The notes: a model not told the origin generated them from the letters alone. 64,000 nucleotides of DNA from Octopus sinensis (GCF_006345805.1 NC_043008.1:73594001-73658000); one strand, 5' to 3'; positions 40,801-53,184 are shown, counted from the first letter of the stretch. Numbers and translations are program-made.

Positions 40801-43800
40801 AAGGACATCGAAAAATCAAATGCTAAGGTTATTTGAGAACGTACGTTTCAAGATTAGTCAAAAACAACACTTCTATCATCAGCTCAGAAATTCCTTGGTT
40901 TGGATTTGGAAACACTGAAAATAAGAACATACCCTTTCGAAGATCTGCTCGTAACTAACAGTGCCAACAAATTCAAAAAAGCAAGCGAAGAATCTCTGTT
41001 CTCCCCTTTCCACCAGCGTGGGTTAAAAACATCAAACACTATGCTTATTTCGGTAAAATCCGAAGCATTAATCAGGAGAGATTAATTATAATTTCAACAA
41101 TTGAGGGCAAAATTAATTAATTATTAATCAATTTCACCAAGTGTTCAGTATGCAAAGGGACCATTCAAGGCGAATTCAAATTATTACATTATATAAAAGG
41201 GCTTAGTAAAATAAATTACTTTGCCGCATACTGAACTCATTAGAAATAGCAGCTAAAAAACTTTTTAAAGCTATTTCTAATACTTAAAGAAAATCTCTCT
41301 CATATATAGTGTTTGCTTAATTCAACTCACAAAAGTTTGGGGGGGTAAGGACATCGAAAAATCAAATGCTAAGTTATTTGAGAACGTACGTTTCAAGATT
41401 AGTCAAAAACAACACTTCTATCATCAGCTCAGAAATTCCTTGGTTGGATTTGGAAACACTGAAAATAAGAACATACCCTTTCGAAGATCTGCTCGTAACT
41501 AACAGTGCCAACAAATTCAAAAAAGCAAGCGAAGAATCTCTGTTCTCCCCTTTCCACCAGCGTGGGTTAAAAACATCAAACACTATGCTTATTTCGGTAA
41601 AATCCGAAGCATTAATCAGAGGGAGATTAATTATAATTTCAACAATTGAGGGCAAAATTAATTAATTATTAATCAATTTCACCAAGTGTTCAGTATGCAA
41701 AGGGACCATTCAAGGCGAATTCAAATTATTACATTATATAAAAGGGCTTAGTAAAATAAATTACTTTGCCGCATACTGAACTCATTAGAAATAGCAGCTA
41801 AAAAACTTTTTTAAAGCTATTTCTAATACTTAAAGAAAATCTCTATCATATATATAGTGTTTGCTTAATTCAACTCACAAAAGTTGGGGGTAAGGACATC
41901 GAAAAATCAAATGCTAAGGTTATTTGAGAACGTACGTTTCAAGATTAGTCAAAAACAACACTTCTATCATCAGCTCAGAAATTCCTTGGTTTGGATTTGG
42001 AAACACTGAAATAAGACATACCCTTTCGAAGATCTGCTCGTAACTAACAGTGCCAACAAATTCAAAAAAGCAAGCGAAGAATCTCTGTTCTCCCCTTTCC
42101 ACCAGCGTGGGTTAAAAACATCAAACACTATGCTATTTCGGTAAAATCCGAAGCATTAATCAGAGGGAGATTAATTATAATTTCAACAATTGAGGGCAAA
42201 ATTAATTAATTATTAATCAATTTCACCAAGTGTTCAGTATGCAAAGGGACCATTCAAGGCGAATTCAAATTATTACATTATATAAAAGGGCTTAGTAAAA
42301 TAAATTACTTTGCCGCATACTGAACTCATTAGAAATAGCAGCTAAAAAACTTTTTTAAAGCTATTTCTAATACTTAAAGAAAATCTCTCTCATATATAGT
42401 GTTTGCTTAATTCAACTCACAAAAGTTTGGGGGTAAGGACATCGAAAAATCAAATGCTAAGGTTATTTGAGAACGTACGTTTCAAGATTAGTCAAAAACA
42501 ACACTTCTATCATCAGCTCAGAAATTCCTTGGTTTGGATTTGGAAACACTGAAAATAAGAACATACCCTTTCGAAGATCTGCTCGTAACTAACAGTGCCA
42601 ACAAATTCAAAAAAGCAAGCGAAGAATCTCTGTTCTCCCCTTTCCACCAGCGTGGGTTAAAAACATCAAACACTATGCTTATTTCGGTAAAATCCGAAGC
42701 ATTAATCAGAGGGAGATTAATTATAATTTCAACAATTGAGGGCAAAATTAATTAATTATTAATCAATTTCACCAAGTGTTCAGTATGCAAAGGGACCATT
42801 CAAGGCGAATTCAAATTATTACATTATATAAAAGGGCTTAGTAAAATAAATTACTTTGCCGCATACTGAACTCATTAGAAATAGCAGCTAAAAAACTTTT
42901 TTAAAGCTATTTCTAATACTTAAAGAAAATCTCTCTCATATATAGTGTTTGCTTAATTCAACTCACAAAAGTTTGGGGGTAAGGACATCGAAAAATCAAA
43001 TGCTAAGGTTATTTGAGAACGTACGTTTCAAGATTAGTCAAAAACAACACTTCTATCATCAGCTCAGAAATTCCTTGGTTTGGATTTGGAAACACTGAAA
43101 ATAAGAACATACCCTTTCGAAGATCTGCTCGTAACTAACAGTGCCAACAAATTCAAAAAAGCAAGCGAAGAATCTCTGTTCTCCCCTTTCCACCAGCGTG
43201 GGTTAAAAACATCAAACACTATGCTTATTTCGGTAAAATCCGAAGCATTAATCAGAGGGAGATTAATTATAATTTCAACAATTGAGGGCAAAATTAATTA
43301 ATTATTAATCAATTTCACCAAGTGTTCAGTATGCAAAGGGACCATTCAAGGCGAATTCAAATTATTACATTATATAAAAGGGCTTAGTAAAATAAATTAC
43401 TTTGCCGCATACTGAACTCATTAGAAATAGCAGCTAAAAAACTTTTTTAAAGCTATTTCTAATACTTAAAGAAAATCTCTCTCATATAGTGTTTGCTTAA
43501 TTCAACTCACAAAAGTTGGGGGTAAGGACATCGAAAAATCAAATGCTAAGGTTATTTGAGAACGTACGTTTCAAGATTAGTCAAAAACAACACTTCTATC
43601 ATCAGCTCAGAAATTCCTTGGTTTGGATTTGGAAACACTGAAAATAAGAACATACCCTTTCGAAGATCTGCTCGTAACTAACAGTGCCAACAAATTCAAA
43701 AAAGCAAGCGAAGAATCTCTGTTCTCCCCTTTCCACCAGCGTGGGTTAAAAACATCAAACAACACTATGCTTATTTCGGTAAAATCCGAAGCATTAATCA

Positions 43801-46545
43801 GAGGGAGATTAATTATAATTTCAACAATTGAGGGCAAAATTAATTAATTATTAATCAATTTCACCAAGTGTTCAGTATGCAAAGGGACCATTCAAGGCGA
43901 ATTCAAATTATTACATTATATAAAAGGGCTTAGTAAAATAAATTACTTTGCCGCATACTGAACTCATTAGAAATAGCAGCTAAAAAACTTTTTTAAAGCT
44001 ATTTCTAATACTTAAAGAAAATCTCTCTCTCATATAGTGTTTGCTTAATTCAACTCACAAAAGTTTGGGGGTAAGGACATCGAAAAATCAAATGCTAAGA
44101 TTATTTGAGAACGTACGTTTCAAGATTAGTCAAAAACAACACTTCTATCATCAGCTCAGAAATTCCTTGGTTTGGATTTGGAAACACTGAAAATAAGAAC
44201 ATACCCTTTCGAAGATCTGCTCGTAACTAACAGTGCCAACAAATTCAAAAAAGCAAGCGAAGAATCTCTGTTCTCCCCTTTCCACCAGCGTGGGTTAAAA
44301 ACATCAAACACTATGCTTATTTCGGTAAAATCCGAAGCATTATCAGAGGGAGATTAATTATAATTTCAACAATTGAGGGCAAAATTAATTAATTATTAAT
44401 CAATTTCACCAAGTGTTCAGTATGCAAAGGGACCATTCAAGGCGAATTCAAATTATTACATTATATAAAAGGGCTTAGTAAAATAAATTACTTTGCCGCA
44501 TACTGAACTCATTAGAAATAGCAGCTAAAAAACTTTTTTAAAGCTATTTCTAATACTTAAAAAAAATCTCTCTCATATATAGTGTTTGCTTAATTCAACT
44601 CACAAAAGTTGGGGGTAAGGACATCGAAAAATCAAATGCTAAGGTTATTTGAGAACGTACGTTTCAAGATTAGTCAAAAACAACACTTCTATCATCAGCT
44701 CAGAAATTCCTTGGTTGGATTTGGAAACACTGAAAATAAGAACATACCCTTTCGAAGATCTGCTCGTACTAACAGTGCCAACAAATTCAAAAAAGCAAGC
44801 GAAGAATCTCTGTTCTCCCCTTTCCACCAGCGTGGGTTAAAAACATCAAACACTATGCTTATTTCGGTAAAATCCGAAGCATTAATCAGAGGGAGATTAA
44901 TTATAATTTCAACAATTGAGGGCAAAATTAATTAATTATTAATCAATTTCACCAAGTGTTCAGTATGCAAAGGGACCATTCAAGGCGAATTCAAATTATT
45001 ACATTATATAAAAGGGCTTAGTAAAATAAATTACTTTGCCGCATACTGAACTCATTAGAAATAGCAGCTAAAAAACTTTTTTAAAGCTATTTCTAATACT
45101 TAAAGAAAATCTCTATCATATATAGTGTTTGCTTAATTCAACTCACAAAAGTTTGGGGGTAAGGACATCGAAAAATCAAATGCTAAGGTATTTGAGAACG
45201 TACGTTTCAAGATTAGTCAAAAACAACACTTCTATCATCAGCTCAGAAATTCCTGGTTTGGATTTGGAAACACTGAAAATAAGAACATACCCTTTCGAAG
45301 ATCTGCTCGTAACTAACAGTGCCAACAAATTCAAAAAAGCAAGCGAAGAATCTCTGTTCTCCCCTTTCCACCAGCGTGGGTTAAAAACATCAAACACTAT
45401 GCTTATTTCGGTAAAATCCGAAGCATTAATCAGAGGGAGATTAATTATAATTTCAACAATTGAGGGCAAAAAATTAATTATTATTAATCAATTTCAATTT
45501 CACCAAGTGTTCAGTATGCAAAGGGACCATTCAAGGCGAATTCAAATTATTACATTATATAAAAGGGCTTAGTAAAATAAATTACTTTGCCGCATACTGA
45601 ACTCATTAGAAATAGCAGCTAAAAAACTTTTTTAAAGCTATTTCTAATACTTAAAGAAAATCTCTCTCATATATAGTGTTTGCTTAATTCAACTCACAAA
45701 AGTTTGGGGGTAAGGACATCGAAAAATCAAATGCTAGGTTATTTGAGAACGTACGTTTCAAGATTAGTCAAAAACAACACTTCTATCATCAGCTCAGAAA
45801 TTCCTTGGTTTGGATTTGGAAACACTGAAAATAAGAACATACCCTTTCGAAGATCTGCTCGTAACTAACAGTGCCAACAAATTCAAAAAGCAAGCGAAGA
45901 ATCTCTGTTCTCCCCTTTCCACCAGCGTGGGTTAAAAACATCAAACACTATGCTTATTTCGGTAAAATCCGAAGCATTAATCAGAGAGGAGATTAATTAT
46001 AATTTCAACAATTGAGGGCAAAATTAATTAATTATTAATCAATTTCACCAAGTGTTTAGTATGCAAAGGGACCATTCAAGGCGAATTCAAATTATTACAT
46101 TAATAAAAGGGCTTAGTAAAATAAATTACTTTGCCGCATACTGAACTCATTAGAAATAGCAGCTAAAAAACTTTTTTAAAGCTATTTCTAATACTTAAAG
46201 AAAATCTCTCTCATATATAGTGTTTGCTTAATTCAACTCACAAAAGTTTGGGGGTAAGGACATCGAAAAATCAAATGCTAAGGTTATTTGAGAACGTACG
46301 TTTCAAGATTAGTCAAAACAACACTTCTATCATCAGCTCAGAAATTCCTTGGTTTGGATTTGGAAACACTGAAAATAAGAACATACCCTTTCGAAGATCT
46401 GCTCGTAACTAACAGTGCCAACAAATTCAAAAAAGCAAGCGAAGAATCTCTGTTCTCCCCTTTCCACCAGCGTGGGTTAAAAACATCAAACACTATGCTT
46501 ATTTCGGTAAAATCCGAAGCATTAATCAGAGGGAGATTAATTATA
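37820..46545 (-). repeat. Tandem array of 16 copies of a ~545-bp unit (satellite, retrozyme-like)
   Basis: Unit start 'atttcaacaattgagggc' at 37820, 38364, 38906, 39449, 40002, 40546, 41091, 41636, 42180, 42726, 43272, 43818, 44363, 44906, 45450 and 46002. Copies differ mostly by single-base indels. Confidence 0.97.
38106..38158 (-). ncRNA. Candidate type I hammerhead ribozyme, first of 16 in the direct array (15 with intact core)
   Basis: Minus strand: UGAG-CUGAUGA-UAGAAGUGUUGUUUUUGACUAAUCUU-GAAA-CGUACG-UU-CUCA. Helix I UGAG/CUCA extended by AAGG/CCUU; palindromic helix III ACGUACGU; GUU triplet. Confidence 0.65.
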
Positions 46546-47444
46546 GATTCTTCGCTTGCTTTTTTGAATTTGTTGGCACTGTTAGTTACGAGCAGATCTT
46601 CGAAAGGGTATGTTCTTATTTTCAGTGTTTCCAAATCCAAACCAAGGAATTTCTGAGCTGATGATAGAAGTGTTGTTTTTGACTAATCTTGAAACGTACG
46701 TTCTCAAATAACCTTAGCATTTGATTTTTCGATGTCCTTACCCCCAAACTTTTGTGAGTTGAATTAAGCAAACACTATATATGAGAGAGATTTTCTTTAA
46801 GTATTAGAAATAGCTTTAAAAAAGTTTTTTAGCTGCTATTTCTAATGAGTTCAGTATGCGGCAAAGTAATTTATTTTACTAAGCCCTTTTATATAATGTA
46901 ATAATTTGAATTCGCCTTGAATGGTCCCTTTGCATACTGAACACTTGGTGAAATTGATTAATAATTAATTAATTTTGCCCTCAATGTTGAAATTATAATT
47001 AATCTCCCTCTGATTAATGCTTCGGATTTTACCGAAATAAGCATAGTGTTTGATGTTTTTAACCCACGCTGGTGGAAAGGGGAGACAGAGATTCTTCGCT
47101 TGCTTTTTTGAATTTGTTGGCACTGTTAGTTACGAGCAGATCTTCGAAAGGGTATGTTCTTATTTTCAGTGTTTCCAAATCCAAACAAGGAATTTCTGAG
47201 CTGATGATAGATAGAAGTGTTGTTTTTGACTAATCTTGAAACGTACGTTCTCAAATAACCTTAGCATTTGATTTTTCGATGTCCTTACCCCCAAACTTTT
47301 GTGAGTTGAATTAAGCAAACACTATATATGAGAGAGATTTTCTTTAAGTATTAGAAATAGCTTTAAAAAAGTTTTTTAGCTGCTATTTCTAATGAGTTCA
47401 GTATGCGGCAAAGTAATTTATTTTACTAAGCCCTTTTATATAAT
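46545..47444 (+). repeat. Inverted continuation of the 545-bp array (~1.65 units)
   Basis: From 46545 'agattcttcgcttg...' the sequence is the reverse complement of the array, read back from 46449. Ends in (TA)n. Confidence 0.95.
46654..46706 (+). ncRNA. Candidate hammerhead ribozyme in the inverted arm; a further copy near 47200-47255 has a 4-nt duplication in helix II
   Basis: TGAG CTGATGA(46658-46664) ... GAAA(46691-46694) CGTACG TT CTCA; predicted cleavage after 46702. Confidence 0.65.
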
Positions 47445-47445
47445 A

Positions 47446-47492
<47 letters not shown>

Positions 47493-47518
47493 CATACATA
47501 CATACATACATACATACA

Positions 47519-47549
<31 letters not shown>

Positions 47550-48317
47550 GTAAATATATAAATAAAATCAAAATAAGCAACAGGATATCAAGCTGTAAAG
47601 CAGTACGACCGTTTCAATGCAATCCTTACATCAATTTAAATGCAGTACTATCTTCAGCTTCACAAAATATAGAACTTTTCAACAAGTAGAACACATTAAT
47701 ATGTATCTGTGTGCATTCTTTTGCACTTTACACATACTCATATCAGCACGTATTTTTCGTGTATTTATATTTTTTATACTACTTTAGATTTTATAATTTT
47801 TATTTAAGTATGTCTGTGTATTATCCTTATCTCAATATCCCACCTCTGATTCGTGGCTTAAAATTTATAGATAGTATGTATATTTATCCATATTTTCCGT
47901 CTTTATAGAAACCACCTAATAATTAATAAATTAAGCACATGAATGGCTATTAAACTGATTCTACGTAATCTTCCTTTTTAATGTTTACAATTGATACATA
48001 CACAAATTTTAGCTATTTTGCTTATGATATCATTTTGGAATTCTTAAATTTTATTTTATACAGCATAACAATATTGTTTATAAACGTTCCACATCGAGCC
48101 GCTAATAAATCTTCCTTGTATTAGCAGCTTAAGTTTTTTTGTGTTTTCCCCTTTAACTTGTAATTATCATCATGATTTAAAGTCTACCCCAAACCTGCCT
48201 CTTTTTCATAGACAGTTGCTTCTTTCAAATTGACTCTTCCTCATAATGTCTTCCTCATAATGTGTTTCCTTCCTCAAGGGATTCCTATGATAATATAATA
48301 ATATTTATGGCCATACA

Positions 48318-48347
48318 GGCGCAGGAGTGGCTGTGTGGTAAGTAGCT
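48318..48347 (+). mobile_element. 5' head of a family A SINE, interrupted by the 48348-50419 insertion
   Basis: GGCGCAGGAGTGGCTGTGTGGTAAGTAGCT matches the head of the 6636 copy and stops abruptly. Confidence 0.8.
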
Positions 48348-50419
48348 AGCTTCCCGCACATGCGCGTTGGAGTTGCTTATTACAGTGAACCGAGGTGGAC
48401 GTGAGTATGTTGGCTCCGTCCAATATTGAACTGAAAGAAAAAAAAACAACGGCAGCATAAGCTCTTCGAGGAAGGTGGTTTTGTTTTCGTTTGAGCTGGG
48501 TGTAATTTGTCAAATAGTAGCTGTTTGTTGATAAATTTCACCCAGCTCCGAGGCAATTCTGCCTCCTGCCAGCGGCTGCTGTTTGTTGATTTACTGGGAA
48601 AAAAAAAGGGGGGGCGTATCCTCTCCCGAACTTACTGGACTTTGCCATTGAAACTTGTTGGATTACCATTGAACCTACGAAGTTGACCAGGAGTACCTGT
48701 TGGCCATTGATGTTTGCTGTGTGAACTGTTTTTCTTTTCTCTATTCTTCTGTTTTTTCTTTCTTTTTGGAGTTGTTTTTGCGTTTCCTTGGAATTTTATT
48801 TTTATTCATTTTTTGAACTGACTTGTTTATTCCTTTTTGGACTTGTTAATTTAATTGGACTTTCCTTCTTCTTTTTAATTGACTTTTAACATGGCAAATG
48901 CAAAAAGTGCCTTAGAATGCGAGGTGATCCCACTTAAGCAATGGATTGAAAGCCTTGAGGGAAGGACGGTGGTACTACGGACCTATTCTAGGTCGCTTGA
49001 CGCCATCGCTCTCTTCGACAAGGGTATTATTAATAAAGAGCTGGCAAAATGTTTACCAGCTAAAAATTATTATGTAACCAGGGGTGTCAAATACTCCACG
49101 GTGTGGCTACTTTTCGACACTCCTGAGGAGGCTTGCACTGTGGCAGGCCAGCCCAAGAGGAGGAGATTTTGTTTCTTCCCACATATCGTGGGAAGAAGGT
49201 GATAAGGGCCTGGGTATGTGGTCCTCCCCCGGGCACCGAAGCGGGGTGGATTGCAGATGCCATCCAGCGGGGTCTGGGGGATAGCGGGGTCTGGGGGATA
49301 GCGGGCCCAGGCTTTTAAATACAGAGAAAAAGCCTGTGGTCGACTGGGAGGGTGCAAAGGCAACTTTGACACCATGGACCCCAGTGCCCGCGGGTGAAAT
49401 GACTTACCAGGACTTTTTTAAAATGAATGACTCAAGGTATCCAGTGATACTTGAGGGTCGCCTCCCTCATGTGTCACTCATGCCTGGAGTCAGGCCACAT
49501 TAAGAAGGACTGCCCCGGGGTCGTGGTAAGGTCCCGGAGCAGGGAAAGGTGAAGGTGTCCTCCGCTCTCCCATTGCAGGGAGAATCGGTGGAAGTCGTTG
49601 AAGCATCGACCTCAACAAGAAGTAAAAGAAAGGTGAGCAACAATGGTTGCTCACCAACAGACGCGCAGGCTGTGGGAGAGGAGGAGGACCCGGCCCCGGG
49701 TGTGCCGGTGGAGGCTGCGACACCCGCACCCGTAAGAAGGAAAAAGAGAAGGAAGAGAAACGGGAGACGGTCGGCGGATATCGCCGACTGAATCCGATGC
49801 TCCGCCGGTGGAAGGTGTGCCATCGGAGCGAGAGGCTCTGTCAGTAGGAATTATGCCACTGACAGAGCGGGCTGAGGCCCCTCCCCGTGAGAAGGACGTG
49901 AAACCCGTCGTTTTCTATCTCAGTGAAGGGCCTGTCGAGAAGTGCTTGGACGGTCTTCCAGCCCGAGAACGATTGAACTCGGTTTGTATAGACTGTCCAG
50001 ACTGGCCTCCGCAGGTGGCTGCGGACGTCGTGAATCAGAAGGAGTTGTGCGAGGTCATGGTCACCTGTAATAAGGAAGATTTTGCTTTCCTCTTTCCGGG
50101 GCCCGATCTGCCAATGCAGGCTTTCCTGCAGGCGGCGCGTAATTTGCTTGGGGGCTCCGTTGAGGAGGATTGATCTTTTAGATTGTCTGTATATTGAATA
50201 ATTTATTATATATATTTGTAATGGACTATTAAGTCCAATAATTGTCGTTTTTGAAGAAAAAAAAAGAACAATGTTTTAGAGAAGCAGAAAATCGGCGGGC
50301 GTTTTCTGCCTTCTCTCATCAATATCATTCTTGTTTCATCATTCACCTCATCAATGTATATGTCCAGTCCGCAAGCTACTCTTTGTAATGCCTTTATAGC
50401 AAATCTTAATGAAATAAAA
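48348..50419 (+). mobile_element. 2.07-kb gag/ORF1-only retroelement-like insertion with apparent 5-bp TSD (TAGCT)
   Basis: GC-richer than the flanks, pyrimidine-rich 5' leader, frameshifted ORF with a CCHC knuckle, A-rich 3' region. TAGCT at 48343-48347 and 50420-50424. Confidence 0.7.
48891..50173 (+). pseudogene. Frameshifted gag/ORF1-like protein with zinc knuckle (~425 codons if repaired)
   Basis: ATG at 48891 (aacATGG). Frames continue as ...EEILFLPTYRGKK..., ...YPVILEGRLP, then CHSCLESGHIKKDC (CX2CX4HX4C, 49472-49513), a basic tract RRKKRRKR and ORF 49808-50173. Confidence 0.7.
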
Positions 50420-50725
50420 TAGCTTACTTACCAGTCACATGGTTCTGAGTTCAGTCCAATTTCGTGGCACCTAGAGCAAGTGTCTTCTGCTATAGCCTCG
50501 AGCCGACCAAAGCCTCATGAGTGGATTTGATAGACGGAAACAGAAAGAAGTTGTTGTATATATATAGATATGTGTGTGTGCGCGCGCGTTTGTGTGTGTA
50601 TGTGTGTGCGTTTGTGTCCGTGTTTGTACCCACCATTGGTGTGTTTATGTCTCCGCAACTTAGCGGTTCCACAAAAGAGACCGATAGAATAAATACTGGG
50701 CTTACAAAGGATCAATCCTGGGGTG
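50420..50725 (+). mobile_element. Remainder of the interrupted family A SINE
   Basis: TAGCTTACTTACCAGTCACATGGTTCTGAGTTCAGTCC continues exactly where 48347 stops; 3' tail missing. Confidence 0.85.
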
Positions 50726-51079
50726 GAATTACAACCCTATGACCCCACTATGCTGCATGCGATTCTAAGAAGTTGCAGTTTATTCTTAGCCATTCTGCTA
50801 CAATAGTGACGACATGAATTTCTTCCATCTACTTACTCTGTTGAAATATTTAAGAAAAAGTATATTAATGTGTCCTACTTGTTAAATTCTGTATTTTTGC
50901 AGCTGAAGATGGCACTGTATTTAAATTGATGTAATGACTGCATTGTTCAATTAAATGGCGCCCCTTGAAACGGTCGTACAGCAATATTACTTGATATCCT
51001 GTTGCTTATTTTGATTTTATTCACCTTCCTTCGAGTTGTGCGAATATTACCGGACTGACTTGGTGCTTCAAGTACTTAA

Positions 51080-52306
51080 TACAACTCAATCACATAAAAT
51101 GTCGTATTTGAAAGATAACAATAAAATGCTTCAGAAATGTTAGAGAACTGATTTATTTAATTAAGGTATGATCTATGTTCATTTATGACGTACACCTAAC
51201 GGTTCTCTATGTCATGTATTCCATCGTTTAAAAGAATTCATCTTTTGCTGTGATAAGCTGTCCGAATGCTTCAATTACCTCTTCTCTATTTAAGAATGTT
51301 TTGTTGCTTATGAAGAGCTCAAAATACTTAAATAAGTGATGAGCAGTAGGAGAGATATCAGGGGAATAGGAAGGATGTTGCAAAATCTCATCATTCAGGA
51401 TTTTCAACTTTTGAACCGTAGCTTCAGGAGTGTGAGGACTAGCAATGTCGTAGAGTAAAATTGTGCCATCTCTATTCACCAGTTTGGGTTGCTTATTTTT
51501 GAAATTCTCATGCATACAATCAATTTCCTGGCAATACGATGTTACTATTATCGTTTGTCCTTGTTGCCAAAACGAATCATGAATAACTGATATCGCAGAC
51601 CACCACAGAGTGACCACTAACATTTAGGGTGCAATGGTGGATTTGGGTAGTGTTTAGGTGATTCTCCTGCATCTAATCACTGTCCTTTTCTCCTGCTGTT
51701 GTCAAAGAATATCCATATCTCATCAAATTAATGATTTAATGCAAAATGGCCTTTTCCTGTCGAGAAAGCAATAAGGAGCACACTTCGAGGCGTGTGTTAT
51801 TTTTTATAATCTCATTCAGTTGACGTGGAACAAACTTATCTGTTTTCTTGACTTTTTAAATGTATTACAAGTCTCCAAAGTTGTGCGAGATGTTTGGGGT
51901 TCTGATGAAAGTTTTCGAACCTTTGTTCTCGGATCTTGTTCAACCAAAGCACTTAATCCATCAGGTAGAATAACTGATTTTGGTCTACCCTTTTGTTTAT
52001 CATCCCCTGAACGAGAGCTTTGGAGCCATCTCTGAAAAGTTCTCATGTCAACAAAACCATTACCAAAGGACCGCTTGATATTCCGTAGAGCCTCTGCTGC
52101 AGAGTGACCCAGTTTGTACTCATACGAGAAAAAATCACTCAACGTAGTTTAGTTGTTATCATTTTCATAAGAACTGTGGGTAGGAATTTTGAATACCAAT
52201 ATTGTTGGGAAAGAAAAAGAGTCAATATCAAATGCAAGGTATACATAATTGAGGTTTTAAATAATGAGTAATTAAAAATGCGACATTTCATGTGAAACAA
52301 CCTAGT
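51080..52306 (-). mobile_element. Mariner element, transposase pseudogenised
   Basis: ORFs 51816-52142 (YEYKLGHSAAEALRNI...MRTFQRW...GRP) and 51228-51623 (LWWS...ILLYDIASPH...HPSYSPDISP). Partial TIR match 'tcacat[a/g]aaatgtcg[t/c]attt' at ~51090 and ~52280. Confidence 0.85.
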
Positions 52307-53124
52307 TTATATGTGTGTGTGTGTGTGTGTCTGTCTGTCTGTGTATGTATGTATGTATGTATGTATGTATGTGTGTATGTATGTGTTTATGTATATATAC
52401 ACTCACACATACTACATATGTATGCCTGTGTATCTATGTATACATACAGTTACATATAGCTGCGAGTCCTTTTTTTTTTTACGGAAAACCATTTCCGGAC
52501 ATGAGTAACCTTAATTATAAGTAGTGTTATTAAAACATTTCATTTGGATTCTGTTTAATATTTACTTGCAAGAAATATTTTCATCCTTGATTCATTGACT
52601 GCCATTGGATCAAAAATGAAAATGAATTCCTGCGTACGAGAAACGTCAAGAGGAAAATGACATTCACATTCACGCATACATAAAGTGAAGTGAGAAGGGA
52701 AGAGGGGGAGAGGGGATACATAGAAAGGGAGACAGTGTGGAAGAGAGAGAAAGAGAAGAGAAAAGTGAATAAGAGGCGATAAAAAATGTGCGTCTGTGTG
52801 TATGCGCACATGTAAGCGATTGCGAAAGGATAAAAAGCAACGTAAGTTTATACGATTATTATTGTTAGTATTTTTACTTTCTTTCTTTTCAGAGGTGAAT
52901 CATATAATTTAGATTTCAATCTCTGCAGCCATCCTTTCTTTGAATAGAATTAACGAAGGCTTTGAGGTTACAATAACATTATTATTTAGGCAAGAATGCA
53001 TTGTCCTTTTTGTGCAGTTGCTAATCACTGCCTAGAGGCTAGGTTTGTGCAGCAATTGTATGGCAAAGAATGAAATATCGTAAACAATATACATATATAT
53101 ATATATAATATATATATATATATG

Positions 53125-53184
<60 letters not shown>

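Noticed and set aside
37820-46545. CRISPR-like array
   Set aside because: Units are contiguous 545-bp near-identical repeats with no unique spacers, there are no cas genes, and the context is eukaryotic.
38156-46656. Repeated 60-147 aa ORFs (MDLETLK..., MPSIVEII...) in the 545-bp array
   Set aside because: Present on both strands, non-ATG starts, frames broken differently between units, and no recognisable domain.
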